A DNA stretch of 31,883 nt from Chlamydiota bacterium. Its GTDB lineage: Bacteria; Chlamydiota; Chlamydiia; Chlamydiales; SM23-39. The stretch is from the NCBI GenBank assembly GCA_039179045.1, contig JBCDEZ010000012.1:1-31883 (forward strand), read 5' to 3'. Each line of letters starts with the position of its first letter. The stretch's first letter is position 1. Of this stretch, positions 11,601 to 19,687 are shown in pieces. Below the pieces are notes generated by a model that saw only the letters and a program-made list of their open reading frames with translations, ran no database searches and had not been told where the DNA came from. Made by a program: the position numbers and the translations under genes.

Positions 11601-11709
11601 AATACTGAGGGCGCGTGGGACAAATAGAGCGCCATTCTAGATACAATTTTTCTGCTAAAATCTCTAGATCATTACTGAAGAAAAATTTATAACCTTTTTG
11701 ATCTACCAA
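8602..11709 (-). CDS. recC: Exodeoxyribonuclease V gamma subunit RecC
   Basis: N-terminal SNDLEILAEKL, SKLREVEALIDQI, DIAVYAPDISAY, ICLLGMSEDAFPR, LLSAQKRLYVSY, HPLRFFLQ. 1035 aa, coupled to recB. Confidence 0.92.
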   Translation of the reverse strand: MVDQKGYKFFFSNDLEILAEKLYLEWRSICPTRPQYLLLPSAHSPWKEWMLYFWSKRNPSFALCSLEWMEIEDFFSLVFQGEKTSFSPLTEDQIFFLLQEIFESLPREPALEALHGYLRRPCPSQSHSLRRELARLFSLYGVYGLSQEKVWLQKKTWQEYLWSALFDQKSYSCPFQGEAFLPDLCKDLDGVVIHLFGFSFLPPLYLQRLHQISQNASLIQYHFSASPLYWQDMRSRRSYRFAAKREGNLVGLKEIRHEVLSQCGRIEQQFFPLCDAYNFATEEGYRAEFPMSVLGHLQRSFFEAEEKSAPLFADDSICVFGAFGSKLREVEALIDQIFSWKRKDPSLILSDIAVYAPDISAYTQAIDLACEQAGLAYHVEERPAIARSLFLQAFLCYLQLVTGAFRKEDLLDFFSLSPVHMQFQASKEQVARVCQFFTDTELLFGIDQEHARESTVGKNKDCFIGHDWESVCARLFRSLMMEKPETVDPFSPPLFPSISWQDRDWLEPFLRCFSHLRSDRALLKEKRKGTLFFWSAFLEERIRLYFFPKLEEGNMRQEVEALLLSLRQFPGTGMMTFRDLVMFLEERLEKKIFFSPRVQECVLSFRGLREASTLPAKIICLLGMSEDAFPRQEKKRPLDLLDCYVPKRGDIDRSVFLQILLSAQKRLYVSYQKKMPSDGKDLAISPLVHAVLLSIEEQFGIPKEVWQKEIPIAPNHPSLFQEKGAYRCYSQEQFSLAKTLLEEREKPLFLSLKEREPSPLSEVFLADIVRFSKHPLRFFLQKQMNITLPYPSVEETGFFLSPLDRFLQKKEWVGKEVSPSCQVLEKSSASPVGIFSLLAEQQLSQARSLLFSSLQKANMGSTFATELPVSFTIPREDSSVAIRGTLDGVHPNGLWTLREKTITSLLELWPKALCYLVQEKKTSCMLYFLGKEKVAQQEWIVEDPVSCLQRYLTYFSLSLVSPSPLIPFWAKELVTREEAAFVARAKKWKEEKDPYLSWVFLQEAPSSFSTLYREWHPFFTDLFIPVFKGEVQDVV

Positions 11710-11825
11710 AGAATTTCTTCCTTTTAATTTTTTAACAATTCCATTAATATGTTACCATTCTTTCTATACAGATTTGCTGAGGGCAGATCCCCTTTTACAA
11801 AGAGAAAAGTTCGAGAATTTGCACC

Positions 11826-13565
11826 ATGAGTCGTCTGCCTACACCCCAACAAAGATCCTTTCACCTTCTCAATGCTACCCAGTTTCTAGGAGCCCTCAAC
11901 GATAACATTTTCAAGTTATTGATCATCTATTTTTTGATTCATTTGAAAGGTCCTGAAAACACCAACACAGTGATCTCTCTTGCGGGGTCGCTCTTTGTGA
12001 TTCCTTTTCTCCTTTTCTCTTCTGCTGCCGGCATCCTTGCGGATAAGGTGAGCAAAAGGAGGGTGATTATTAGCACGAAGATTGTAGAAATTGTCGTGAT
12101 GGCGCTCGGATCTTTTGCCATGTATTGCCAGTCGGAGTTTTTCTGCTACACGCTCCTTTTTTTGATGGGGGCGCAAAGTACTGCCTTTGGCCCCTCTAAA
12201 TATAGCATCATTCCTGAGATTGTAGCCCCAGAAAATCTTTCCAAGGCGAACGGCAGCATCACCGCTTTGACCTATATTGCTATGATTTTAGGGAGCGTAG
12301 TCTCCTCTCTTTTGATGCAAGCGACGGGGGACAATTTCCTGCTTATTTCCTTTGTCTGCTGCGCCATTGCTGTGTTAGGGACTGTAACGAGTTTCGGTAT
12401 TGAAACGACAAATCGGCAAACGTCCAACAGGAAAGCATCTCCTTTTTTCCTGGTCGATATCTACAAAGCGCTTTCTTTGAGCAGCAAACGTTCTTTCTTA
12501 CTACCCGCTATTTTGGGTTCTTCTTTTTTCCTATTCATCGGAGGGTTTGTGCACCTCAATGTGATTCCCTTTGCAATGGAATCACTGCAGCTAAGCGCAG
12601 TAGCCGGAGGTTACCTCTTTGCTGCCACAGCCATCGGGATTGCTATTGGAGCGCGTCTTGCGGGCAAGCTTTCACAGGAGCGTGTTGAGCTAGGCCTCTC
12701 TTGCCTAGCCGGCTTTTGCATCGTGCTCCTTTTCTTCCTACTTACTATATTTTCCCAGAGTCTGATTGCCGTTGTTTGCCTGCTCACGCTTCTAGGAATT
12801 TTCGGAGGCCTCTTTGTGATTCCCCTCGAGTCTTTTATCCAAGCTTCGAGCCCAGAAAAGCGGCGCGGGCAGATCATCGCTGCCAACAACTTTCTTAGCT
12901 TTGGGTGTGTATTTTTGGCCTCTTCCTCGATTTACCTTTTCAACCAACGTTGGGGCTTTTCTGCTTCAGGAAGTTTTGTATTGATGGGTTGCTTGACCCT
13001 AGTATGCAACGCTTTGATTGCGGCGCGTATGAGTTCTCTTTTCTTCCCCTACTTCATGGAGAAGGTAGCTCTTCGCTGGATCCAGCTGCGCTCTTTAGGA
13101 GGTATCGAAAAACCCTGCTACATGGTTTTGCAGCGCTACCGAATCCTTGATATTTTGCTCCTCTCCTACGTCTGCAAAGATCTGCACGTTGTGGCAATTG
13201 CGAGGCCTTGGAGCATTACCTCTTTTTTCACTTCTTTGAGCAATGCCATCTTCTTTTTGCGCCCCTCTACCAACCACAATACAACCTTGCAGCGCCTCTT
13301 TGTGCGGGCAAAGCATCTGAAAAAAGCAAGCAATTTTGTTGCTGTTATTGTCAACAAAAACTACAGCGAAGAGATGATCTTGAAAGCTTACGAAAAAACA
13401 TTTGGGAAAAAAGAACCCGAGCTTTATCTGGCTAAAGTAGAAAAAGAACCCACCAAAGGTCTGTTGAGAAAAAGGAGCTACGTCTGCTCCTTTCAAAAAA
13501 TACAAAAAGAGCTTCCTCTCCTAGAAATCGAGGAGAGAGAGTACCAACTTGTCGGAAGCAATTAG
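11826..13565 (+). CDS. MFS transporter, LplT/Aas-N family (chlamydial YgeD/CT641-like), with degenerate C-terminal acyltransferase-like domain
   Basis: TQFLGALNDNIFK, PFLLFSSAAGILADKVSKR, QSTAFGPSKYSIIPE, RGQIIAANNF are typical of the LplT/Aas MFS domain. Adjacent to recC, as recalled for C. trachomatis. Confidence 0.85.
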   Translation: MSRLPTPQQRSFHLLNATQFLGALNDNIFKLLIIYFLIHLKGPENTNTVISLAGSLFVIPFLLFSSAAGILADKVSKRRVIISTKIVEIVVMALGSFAMYCQSEFFCYTLLFLMGAQSTAFGPSKYSIIPEIVAPENLSKANGSITALTYIAMILGSVVSSLLMQATGDNFLLISFVCCAIAVLGTVTSFGIETTNRQTSNRKASPFFLVDIYKALSLSSKRSFLLPAILGSSFFLFIGGFVHLNVIPFAMESLQLSAVAGGYLFAATAIGIAIGARLAGKLSQERVELGLSCLAGFCIVLLFFLLTIFSQSLIAVVCLLTLLGIFGGLFVIPLESFIQASSPEKRRGQIIAANNFLSFGCVFLASSSIYLFNQRWGFSASGSFVLMGCLTLVCNALIAARMSSLFFPYFMEKVALRWIQLRSLGGIEKPCYMVLQRYRILDILLLSYVCKDLHVVAIARPWSITSFFTSLSNAIFFLRPSTNHNTTLQRLFVRAKHLKKASNFVAVIVNKNYSEEMILKAYEKTFGKKEPELYLAKVEKEPTKGLLRKRSYVCSFQKIQKELPLLEIEEREYQLVGSN

Positions 13566-14893
13566 AACGTATAGATGAATTCGATCTTGAATTTCTTGTA
13601 GTTCGAATCGGGCCCAATGTCATCAAGTCTTTCCGAGATCTGAAAAAGCTGCGACATCGTGACATTGTCAGAAAAAGCATACAAAGTGCGGAGCGCCCAG
13701 CCGTGATAATTGCCGCCTCCAAATGTATTGTACACATTGGTAGCGACCACATCGCTCCCTTTTTTCAAGGTATAAGTACCTACAGAAGCCGCGTTTCCCC
13801 TGCCAATTCCAGAAGCATCAAAATCAGGAATCGCCTGCGCTTGCACCCACTGGTAGTTGGTATCGAGCGCCCAGTCTCCCTGCTTACGTGCTTTGCCAAT
13901 AGAGATCCCAGCATACCAGGCCCAGTTGTATTTCGCATCAGGATCCAAAGAGATCCTCTCTACTTGAGTAAGCTCGTCTTCGGTCAATGTTTCACCCGTT
14001 CTCGGGGTAAAGACTCGGCTAAGAGTATCGGCCGCGTCATTGTACGCTCCCGCTGCGTAAATTTTGCACACTTTGTTGAGCCATTTGGGCAGATACTGGT
14101 AGCCAATTTGCAGCTGTGAAACGCGGAAATTGAACTGGAAGTCCAAGGGATCTGTACTATTGTATTTTTTCCAGTCGATGTAATCTCCCTTAACGAAAAG
14201 ACCTGTACTTGCAATGTTCAAAAAGCCCATTTCGATGGCATAGCCGTAGTAATCGCGAGCAGTATTGATCAAAAAGACACCAAGATTCGTGTAGTAGTCG
14301 CCAATCTCTTCAAATGCTTTGCTAAACCGGAAAAGAGCGCCATCAAATGTGTTGGAAAACTGGATTCTCGAGTCAAACACATCACCAAGCGAGCGTCTAC
14401 CAAGTTCTGCATCAAAGCTAAACGAGTCCCCTGCAATCACTCTACCCCCTAAGTATGCACGGAGCAAGCGGATATTGCTCACGGTTCCATCTTGAATGCC
14501 CATCGAATTCTTGTAATTCAAAAAGACAGAAGACCAAGTTCTCTCAGCTCGGTAGTCGAACAAAAGGTTGAAAGCTACTGAATAGGGACGAGACGGCTTG
14601 CCAGTAGCCGAATTGCTGCCTCTTTGCCGGATGCCCTCTTTCTTCTCATTGATCGCAGAAAAGTCGCTGCGGATATCGCCACTAATCGAAAGATCTCCCC
14701 CTGTCTCCTTGAGAGTGATGAGTCGCTTTTCTCGGATCCACTTACGCAGCGCCTCCATATCGGGATCTCGCTTGGTATCTTCAAATAGAACTTCTTCTGC
14801 GGTCGTGTCTTCTTGCGCTAGCAAAGCCTTCTCTTCAGCTGAAAAGAGAAATGGGGAAGAAAGAAAGAAAAAAACAAGGAATAGGTGCTTCAT
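13562..14893 (-). CDS. Chlamydial outer-membrane beta-barrel/putative porin (CT623, CHLPN 76 kDa homolog-like)
   Basis: Signal peptide, DMEALRKWIREKR..LSISGDIR, FNLLFDYRAERTW, GKARKQGDWAL..NYQWVQAQAIPDFD..GIGRGN, C-terminal aromatic motif IEFIYTF. Confidence 0.8.
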   Translation of the reverse strand: MKHLFLVFFFLSSPFLFSAEEKALLAQEDTTAEEVLFEDTKRDPDMEALRKWIREKRLITLKETGGDLSISGDIRSDFSAINEKKEGIRQRGSNSATGKPSRPYSVAFNLLFDYRAERTWSSVFLNYKNSMGIQDGTVSNIRLLRAYLGGRVIAGDSFSFDAELGRRSLGDVFDSRIQFSNTFDGALFRFSKAFEEIGDYYTNLGVFLINTARDYYGYAIEMGFLNIASTGLFVKGDYIDWKKYNSTDPLDFQFNFRVSQLQIGYQYLPKWLNKVCKIYAAGAYNDAADTLSRVFTPRTGETLTEDELTQVERISLDPDAKYNWAWYAGISIGKARKQGDWALDTNYQWVQAQAIPDFDASGIGRGNAASVGTYTLKKGSDVVATNVYNTFGGGNYHGWALRTLYAFSDNVTMSQLFQISERLDDIGPDSNYKKFKIEFIYTF

Positions 14894-15189
14894 ACTAAAT
14901 CATGCAATTGTTTGAGAAATACATTTCATCATAAAGACCAGTTGCTTTTTCCCCAAGCAGAATTGTAGTGCCATTCACTCCGTGAGTAGAGCTGAGAAAG
15001 CGGAAAAAGCTAGCGCACTTCTTTCATAAAAGATTTCTTCGCTCTTTTCTGTAAAAGATCTTTCTCAAGACAACACCGCTGGATAAGAGCAAGGTACAAC
15101 CCCATTTGATTTTGTGGGAACAGTACTTCCTTGACTATTTTTTTATGAGCTCCTAGAGCATGGGCCTTTTCTGCTTACAAGGAGATTTT

Positions 15190-17316
15190 ATGCGCCTCTT
15201 CGCTCCTTTCCTCTACCTTGCCCTTTTCATCACCACGGTTTCCCTCTTCGGAGCAGAAGAAAGGAGGTGGGAGCTACCCGACACCTACGATGGAGTCTTG
15301 CAGATGGTCCACAATCTCGATTCGGGAGAGTTCATGGAAGAGCGCTCTCTCGAAGAGGCGGGACAGGCCCTACGCTACCTCGCTCTCTTAGCAAGAGAGG
15401 GAGCCCTTCCCAACCAGCCCGCAAGGAACGTAGAGATGGAAGAGAAGATCCAAGGGATCCTCTGCGACCATGAGATCCTCTTCGCCTTTTCTGAGTCCCA
15501 CGCACTTTACGACAAAGCATCCCTTAGCCAATATCTCGAAGAGAGCTGCAACATTGTTCCCTGTGGAGGACTCAGTAGCTTTTGGAAGAATGTCAAAAAC
15601 TTCGTCAAAGAGCACAAAAAAGAGATCATCATCGGCACGATTCTAGTCGTCGCAGCAGTCACGGTAACGGCAGGCGTTCTCGCTGTCCACGCAGCAAATT
15701 CTCCTACGCATAGCCCTTCTCCATCCTCTGCAAAAGATGATGCTGCCTTTCAAGAAGAGGAGCCGTCTGCTCTTGCGACAGCTCTCGAAGAATCAGCCAC
15801 TACCTTTAAGAGCCAGATCATCGAACAAGAGTTTTTCGAACCTCCGGCAAGCGGAGAGGGCTTGTCCCTCAAAGAGACGGGAAGAGCTCTCGGTCTTGTC
15901 TATGCCTACGACCATCTCAATCAGTTCCAGAAACTCTCCTACACACCACAATTCAGAAGGGATCTAAACACCCTCGAAGAGGCTTTTGCCTACACACCTC
16001 CTCTGAACGCAATAAAGGAACCTCTCGACTTTGGATTCGAAGAGATCGATCGGAGGTTTGCAAACTACGTAGATCCCTACGCCCTAGATCCCCCTGTTCT
16101 TGAAGACCTTCCCAATTGCGCCACACGCTCCTACCAGATGAGAGGAGAGGCGGCCCGCTACTACGGCTTTTACGGCGAATCGATTGAAAACTTTACCAAA
16201 GCCATCGAACTCAGTCCCAAGCAGCCGCTCTCGTATCTCCAAAGGAGCATCGCCCACTTCGATGCGAAAAACTACGAAGAGTCTGCAGTCGACTTCTTGC
16301 TCTTCGAGAAGCTCTTAGAGTCCTCTTCCAAAGAGCCATCCCTCGAAGAGTTTTCCCTCGGAAACTTCACCTGCGGGTTTGCTCGGGGATTGCCGACAGG
16401 TATCTACGAGTCAGGTACAGGAACCCTCCTTTTCCTGAGCAATCTCATTTCTGAACCTATCCAGACAGCCCATCAGATGTATACAGCCACCCTGACCTTA
16501 GTGGATCTTGCTCGCAGCGAAGAGTGGGATCTCATGGCAGAGTATCTCTGTCCTGAGATCCACCAACTAGTGCTCGAATGGGACACACTCTCCTCTGATA
16601 AAAGGGGAGAGCTCGCAGGCTACGCTTTCGGCAAGCATGGAGCCAACATCCTCATGCCAAGCGCAATCGGCAAAGTAGCGAAAAAAAGCGCTAAAGGTGC
16701 CCGCAGGCTCCGCTCTGCTCTAAAACGAGTCGAGCGCTCCGAAGAGCTGATTGTGATCGAGACGGCTGCTCGCTCCGGGAAAAGCGTCGAAATAGGACAC
16801 ATCTTCAACAAGGGGAAAGATAGCCTCTTTTTGGGAGAAGAGCTCGGGATCAGCATCCCAGAGATGGCCCGATTGAAAAAAGCAGGCAAGCTGGAGGAGA
16901 CTCTAAAACGGACAATGCGCCACTTGAGTTTTTCCGATCAAGAATCGTTGCATTTGTTTAGTCAGGCAGAAAAATCTCTACGCCGCTATAAAGGATTTCG
17001 ACCAGAGAGCGAGGTCAGAAAGTTGATTCATAACGAGGGAATATGTACTTTCCCAAGACCTGCAGGGATACCAAAAGACTACCGGGTGAAAATATCGGAT
17101 AATGGCTGTGGTATGAAATATGTGCACCCAAAACATACCCATACCTCTATAAGAGTCATGCCAGGCAAGCCGCATAGTCAATGGTCTAGCCAACGGAGAC
17201 CTTATGTTATTATTATGAAAAACGGTGATGTGCTCGATAATGCAGGTAATCTAGTTTTGATTGATACCTTTGAAGCTCACATACCTGTCGAAGAATTTGT
17301 TTTTATAGGAGATTAA
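15190..17316 (+). CDS. Putative polymorphic toxin: signal peptide + TM helix + TPR + C-terminal toxin-like domain
   Basis: ATG 15190 after GGAGA. Signal peptide MRLFAPFLYLALFITTVSLFG, TM IIIGTILVVAAVTVTAGVLAV, TPR pair YQMRGEAARYYGFYGESIENFTKAIELSPKQPLSYLQRSIAHF, basic His-containing tip (...IRVMPGKPHSQ...PYV...LDNAGN...HIP). Confidence 0.75.
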   Translation: MRLFAPFLYLALFITTVSLFGAEERRWELPDTYDGVLQMVHNLDSGEFMEERSLEEAGQALRYLALLAREGALPNQPARNVEMEEKIQGILCDHEILFAFSESHALYDKASLSQYLEESCNIVPCGGLSSFWKNVKNFVKEHKKEIIIGTILVVAAVTVTAGVLAVHAANSPTHSPSPSSAKDDAAFQEEEPSALATALEESATTFKSQIIEQEFFEPPASGEGLSLKETGRALGLVYAYDHLNQFQKLSYTPQFRRDLNTLEEAFAYTPPLNAIKEPLDFGFEEIDRRFANYVDPYALDPPVLEDLPNCATRSYQMRGEAARYYGFYGESIENFTKAIELSPKQPLSYLQRSIAHFDAKNYEESAVDFLLFEKLLESSSKEPSLEEFSLGNFTCGFARGLPTGIYESGTGTLLFLSNLISEPIQTAHQMYTATLTLVDLARSEEWDLMAEYLCPEIHQLVLEWDTLSSDKRGELAGYAFGKHGANILMPSAIGKVAKKSAKGARRLRSALKRVERSEELIVIETAARSGKSVEIGHIFNKGKDSLFLGEELGISIPEMARLKKAGKLEETLKRTMRHLSFSDQESLHLFSQAEKSLRRYKGFRPESEVRKLIHNEGICTFPRPAGIPKDYRVKISDNGCGMKYVHPKHTHTSIRVMPGKPHSQWSSQRRPYVIIMKNGDVLDNAGNLVLIDTFEAHIPVEEFVFIGD

Positions 17317-17318
17317 GC

Positions 17319-17696
17319 TTGGAATTTACGGAACAACACAAAAAGCGGCTTCTCGGTTATTACTTAAAAAACATTTCTCAGATAGCAAGTAGGGAATACC
17401 AGGAGAGAGTCTGGATACGTGCTGAAGGGCCTGAGGTGGATGATTTTACAGAAACTGTTTGTTACTTTTTCGATCTCGGAGATCCAATTTTAGAAAACTA
17501 TAAAGAATATAAAATTTCGGAAGAACAATACCAAATACTTTTGAAGTTTCGGAATTTCTTTGAGTCTTTTGTAGACTTAGATTATCGACCTTATTTAGAA
17601 AAGGATTTTATCGATACTCCCGAATGGCACAGCGTGATGAATAGGGCAAAAGAAGTGCTACAAGCATTCCATTATCAAGAGGAAAAGGAAGTTTAA
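17319..17696 (+). CDS. Putative immunity protein
   Basis: TTG start 2 nt after the toxin stop, with SD (AGGAGA) inside the toxin 3' end. 125 aa, acidic and aromatic-rich, AT-rich DNA. Pattern IASREYQERVW...DDFTE...FIDTPEW..V...A recalls SCO4402-like putative immunity proteins. Confidence 0.7.
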   Translation: MEFTEQHKKRLLGYYLKNISQIASREYQERVWIRAEGPEVDDFTETVCYFFDLGDPILENYKEYKISEEQYQILLKFRNFFESFVDLDYRPYLEKDFIDTPEWHSVMNRAKEVLQAFHYQEEKEV

Positions 17697-17744
17697 ATTT
17701 GCTTGGAGCAAGTCGCCTAAGATGAGCCCTTGGGAAAATCATAG

Positions 17745-17771
17745 TAGGCTACTACTAGCCTAATTGTTTTT
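17745..17771 (+). terminator. Possible intrinsic terminator of the toxin-immunity pair
   Basis: TAGGCTA-ctac-TAGCCTA 7-bp hairpin followed by ATTGTTTTT. Confidence 0.4.
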
Positions 17772-17802
17772 CACAGGACAAACAGCAGAATGAATTTCAC
17801 TT

Positions 17803-17864
17803 AGGGAATATGTGCTTTCCCAAGACCTGCAGGAATTCCAGACGGCTACCAGGCGGAGATATAA
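17803..17864 (+). pseudogene. Orphan remnant of a paralogous toxin C-terminal module
   Basis: 17803-17861 matches 17036-17094 at 49/59 nt by hand alignment (first 31 nt 30/31). Encodes GICAFPRPAGIPDGYQAEI* versus GICTFPRPAGIPKDYRVKI. Confidence 0.75.
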
Positions 17865-17939
17865 GGGAAAATGACCTTGCAGGAGGAAGCATCACTTTGC
17901 TAGAGTGATTCGCGATTTTACTAGACATGAGGAATTTAT

Positions 17940-19100
17940 ATGAACATTATATGTCTGCTTTTTTTGAGTCTTGCATCAATATTTCCCCAGTTTGCAAATG
18001 CGAAATCTTTACCTGAAGATATGCGCTTCAATGCACATGCTCATGGATCCACGATTAGCTCTTGCCGAAAGGACCTAGAAGAACTGGGGTTCTGTGTGAT
18101 TCCTCAGGTTCTTTCAGATGATGAAGCAAGAACTCTATATGTTCGTGTTTGGGATGAGTTCATTGAAAAAGCATGGGCAGATTGCAAAATGGATCACAGA
18201 GGTAACTGGAAAAATACGTTTCCGATACACAACAAAAGGGGAATGTTTGCAGGCCCAGCAGGACAACTGCAGGTCATGTGGGATATAAGACAAGATCCAC
18301 GCATTGTGGGTATATTTGCGCAGATTTGGAACACGGATGATCTTATTGTGAGCATGGATGGGATGTCTTTTATGTGCCCACCTGAGATTAGAGAAGGCCA
18401 TATTGAAACCTGGATGCATGTTGATCAGTCAATATTGTGTAGACAAGACGGTACACGACATAGCAACAATGCTCCTGTAAATTTTATTAGTGAGTCTTCA
18501 TTACAAACACAGCCATATACGATTCAAGGACAGTTCCTGTTCGAAGATTCCTTTGAGGATGATGGAGGGTTTTATTGCATTCCCAAATCACACCGTAGGT
18601 TTGCTGAGTTTGCTCCTAAGCTAGCAAGAATTAGTGCAATCCGTGACGGAATGGAGAGAACAAAAGCGCGGACCGAATTTTTTAAGAAATTTTTTACAGA
18701 AAATAGGGATGAGCTTGGAAATTCTTACAAAATGCAACACGTAAAAGCGCCTCGCGGTTCTTTGATCTTATGGGATTCAAGAACGGTTCACTGGAACCAA
18801 CATGCAAATAAAAATCGATCCTCGGACGATAGTCCCAAGGTGAGGATGGTTGGCTATTTGTGTTATGTACCGAAAAGCAGGCTGACAAATGAAGGAAGAA
18901 AGCTTAGGAAAGAGGCTTTTGAGAAGGGAGTTGCCACAGGTCACAATCCTGCCCGTCCAGAACTTAAGTACACCAAGGACCATATATGGCAAGAGTTCAA
19001 TTATTATCTTGAAAGTACAGAATACGTTCAACCGAATATTCAACTAACTACATTAGGGAAATCATTGCTTGGCATAGACGAACTAGAAGGATGCGAATAA
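17940..19100 (+). CDS. Phytanoyl-CoA dioxygenase (PhyH) family 2OG-Fe(II) oxygenase with N-terminal signal-like peptide
   Basis: LEELGFCVIPQVLS N-terminal motif, HxD (WMHVDQS), GGFYCIPKSH, distal His (GSLILWDSRTVHWN), RMVGYLCYVP. SD GAGGA upstream. Confidence 0.85.
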   Translation: MNIICLLFLSLASIFPQFANAKSLPEDMRFNAHAHGSTISSCRKDLEELGFCVIPQVLSDDEARTLYVRVWDEFIEKAWADCKMDHRGNWKNTFPIHNKRGMFAGPAGQLQVMWDIRQDPRIVGIFAQIWNTDDLIVSMDGMSFMCPPEIREGHIETWMHVDQSILCRQDGTRHSNNAPVNFISESSLQTQPYTIQGQFLFEDSFEDDGGFYCIPKSHRRFAEFAPKLARISAIRDGMERTKARTEFFKKFFTENRDELGNSYKMQHVKAPRGSLILWDSRTVHWNQHANKNRSSDDSPKVRMVGYLCYVPKSRLTNEGRKLRKEAFEKGVATGHNPARPELKYTKDHIWQEFNYYLESTEYVQPNIQLTTLGKSLLGIDELEGCE

Positions 19101-19687
19101 ATATGAGAGGCAATGAGAGTTGATGCCCATCCAATATAGGGAGCGAAAAAACGCAACTTTCGTATGGAATATCTTCCTAGAAAATTGCCCGATTTGGCTT
19201 TTTAAAGGCATTGGTTCATCTTGCTTGAAAAATTGTCGATCAATTCTTCGTGCACAAAAATATCCCATTTTTTTTTCGAAGCGCGACTTGACCTAATGGT
19301 CAACAGTGATCATCAGGTTTTTCTGTACGGTGTCTTTCATCCAACATCTTCGATTTTGCCAAGCGGCAATCCATTTGAGTCACATTTTGCAAGACCGCAA
19401 ACAGTGTGCGCAAAGAACGGGACTCGGTGGAAAGAGGACATTTCTCTTGCGTAGGGTATTCTGTAGAGCAAAACAGCTCACAGTGCGTCAATTGCAAGAA
19501 CAAGCCCATTTTGTGCAAGAGCTCTAGCCGTCCGGATAACTCTGAAAAAGCGAGAAAAAGAGCTCTGATCGTTTTTCCACAAAGCGTATCGAGCAAGGTT
19601 TGAGCCAAGCGTGCCGATCCCCAGCGTTTAGTACCTCCAAGCAAATGGATAGGATAGAGAGGCCCTTGCCCAAGCGAAGAAATATTT

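Noticed and set aside
3098..14915. Numerous 60-170-aa antisense or alternate-frame ORFs within recD, recB, recC, MFS and OMP genes
   Set aside because: Shadow ORFs of well-supported genes with no independent motifs.
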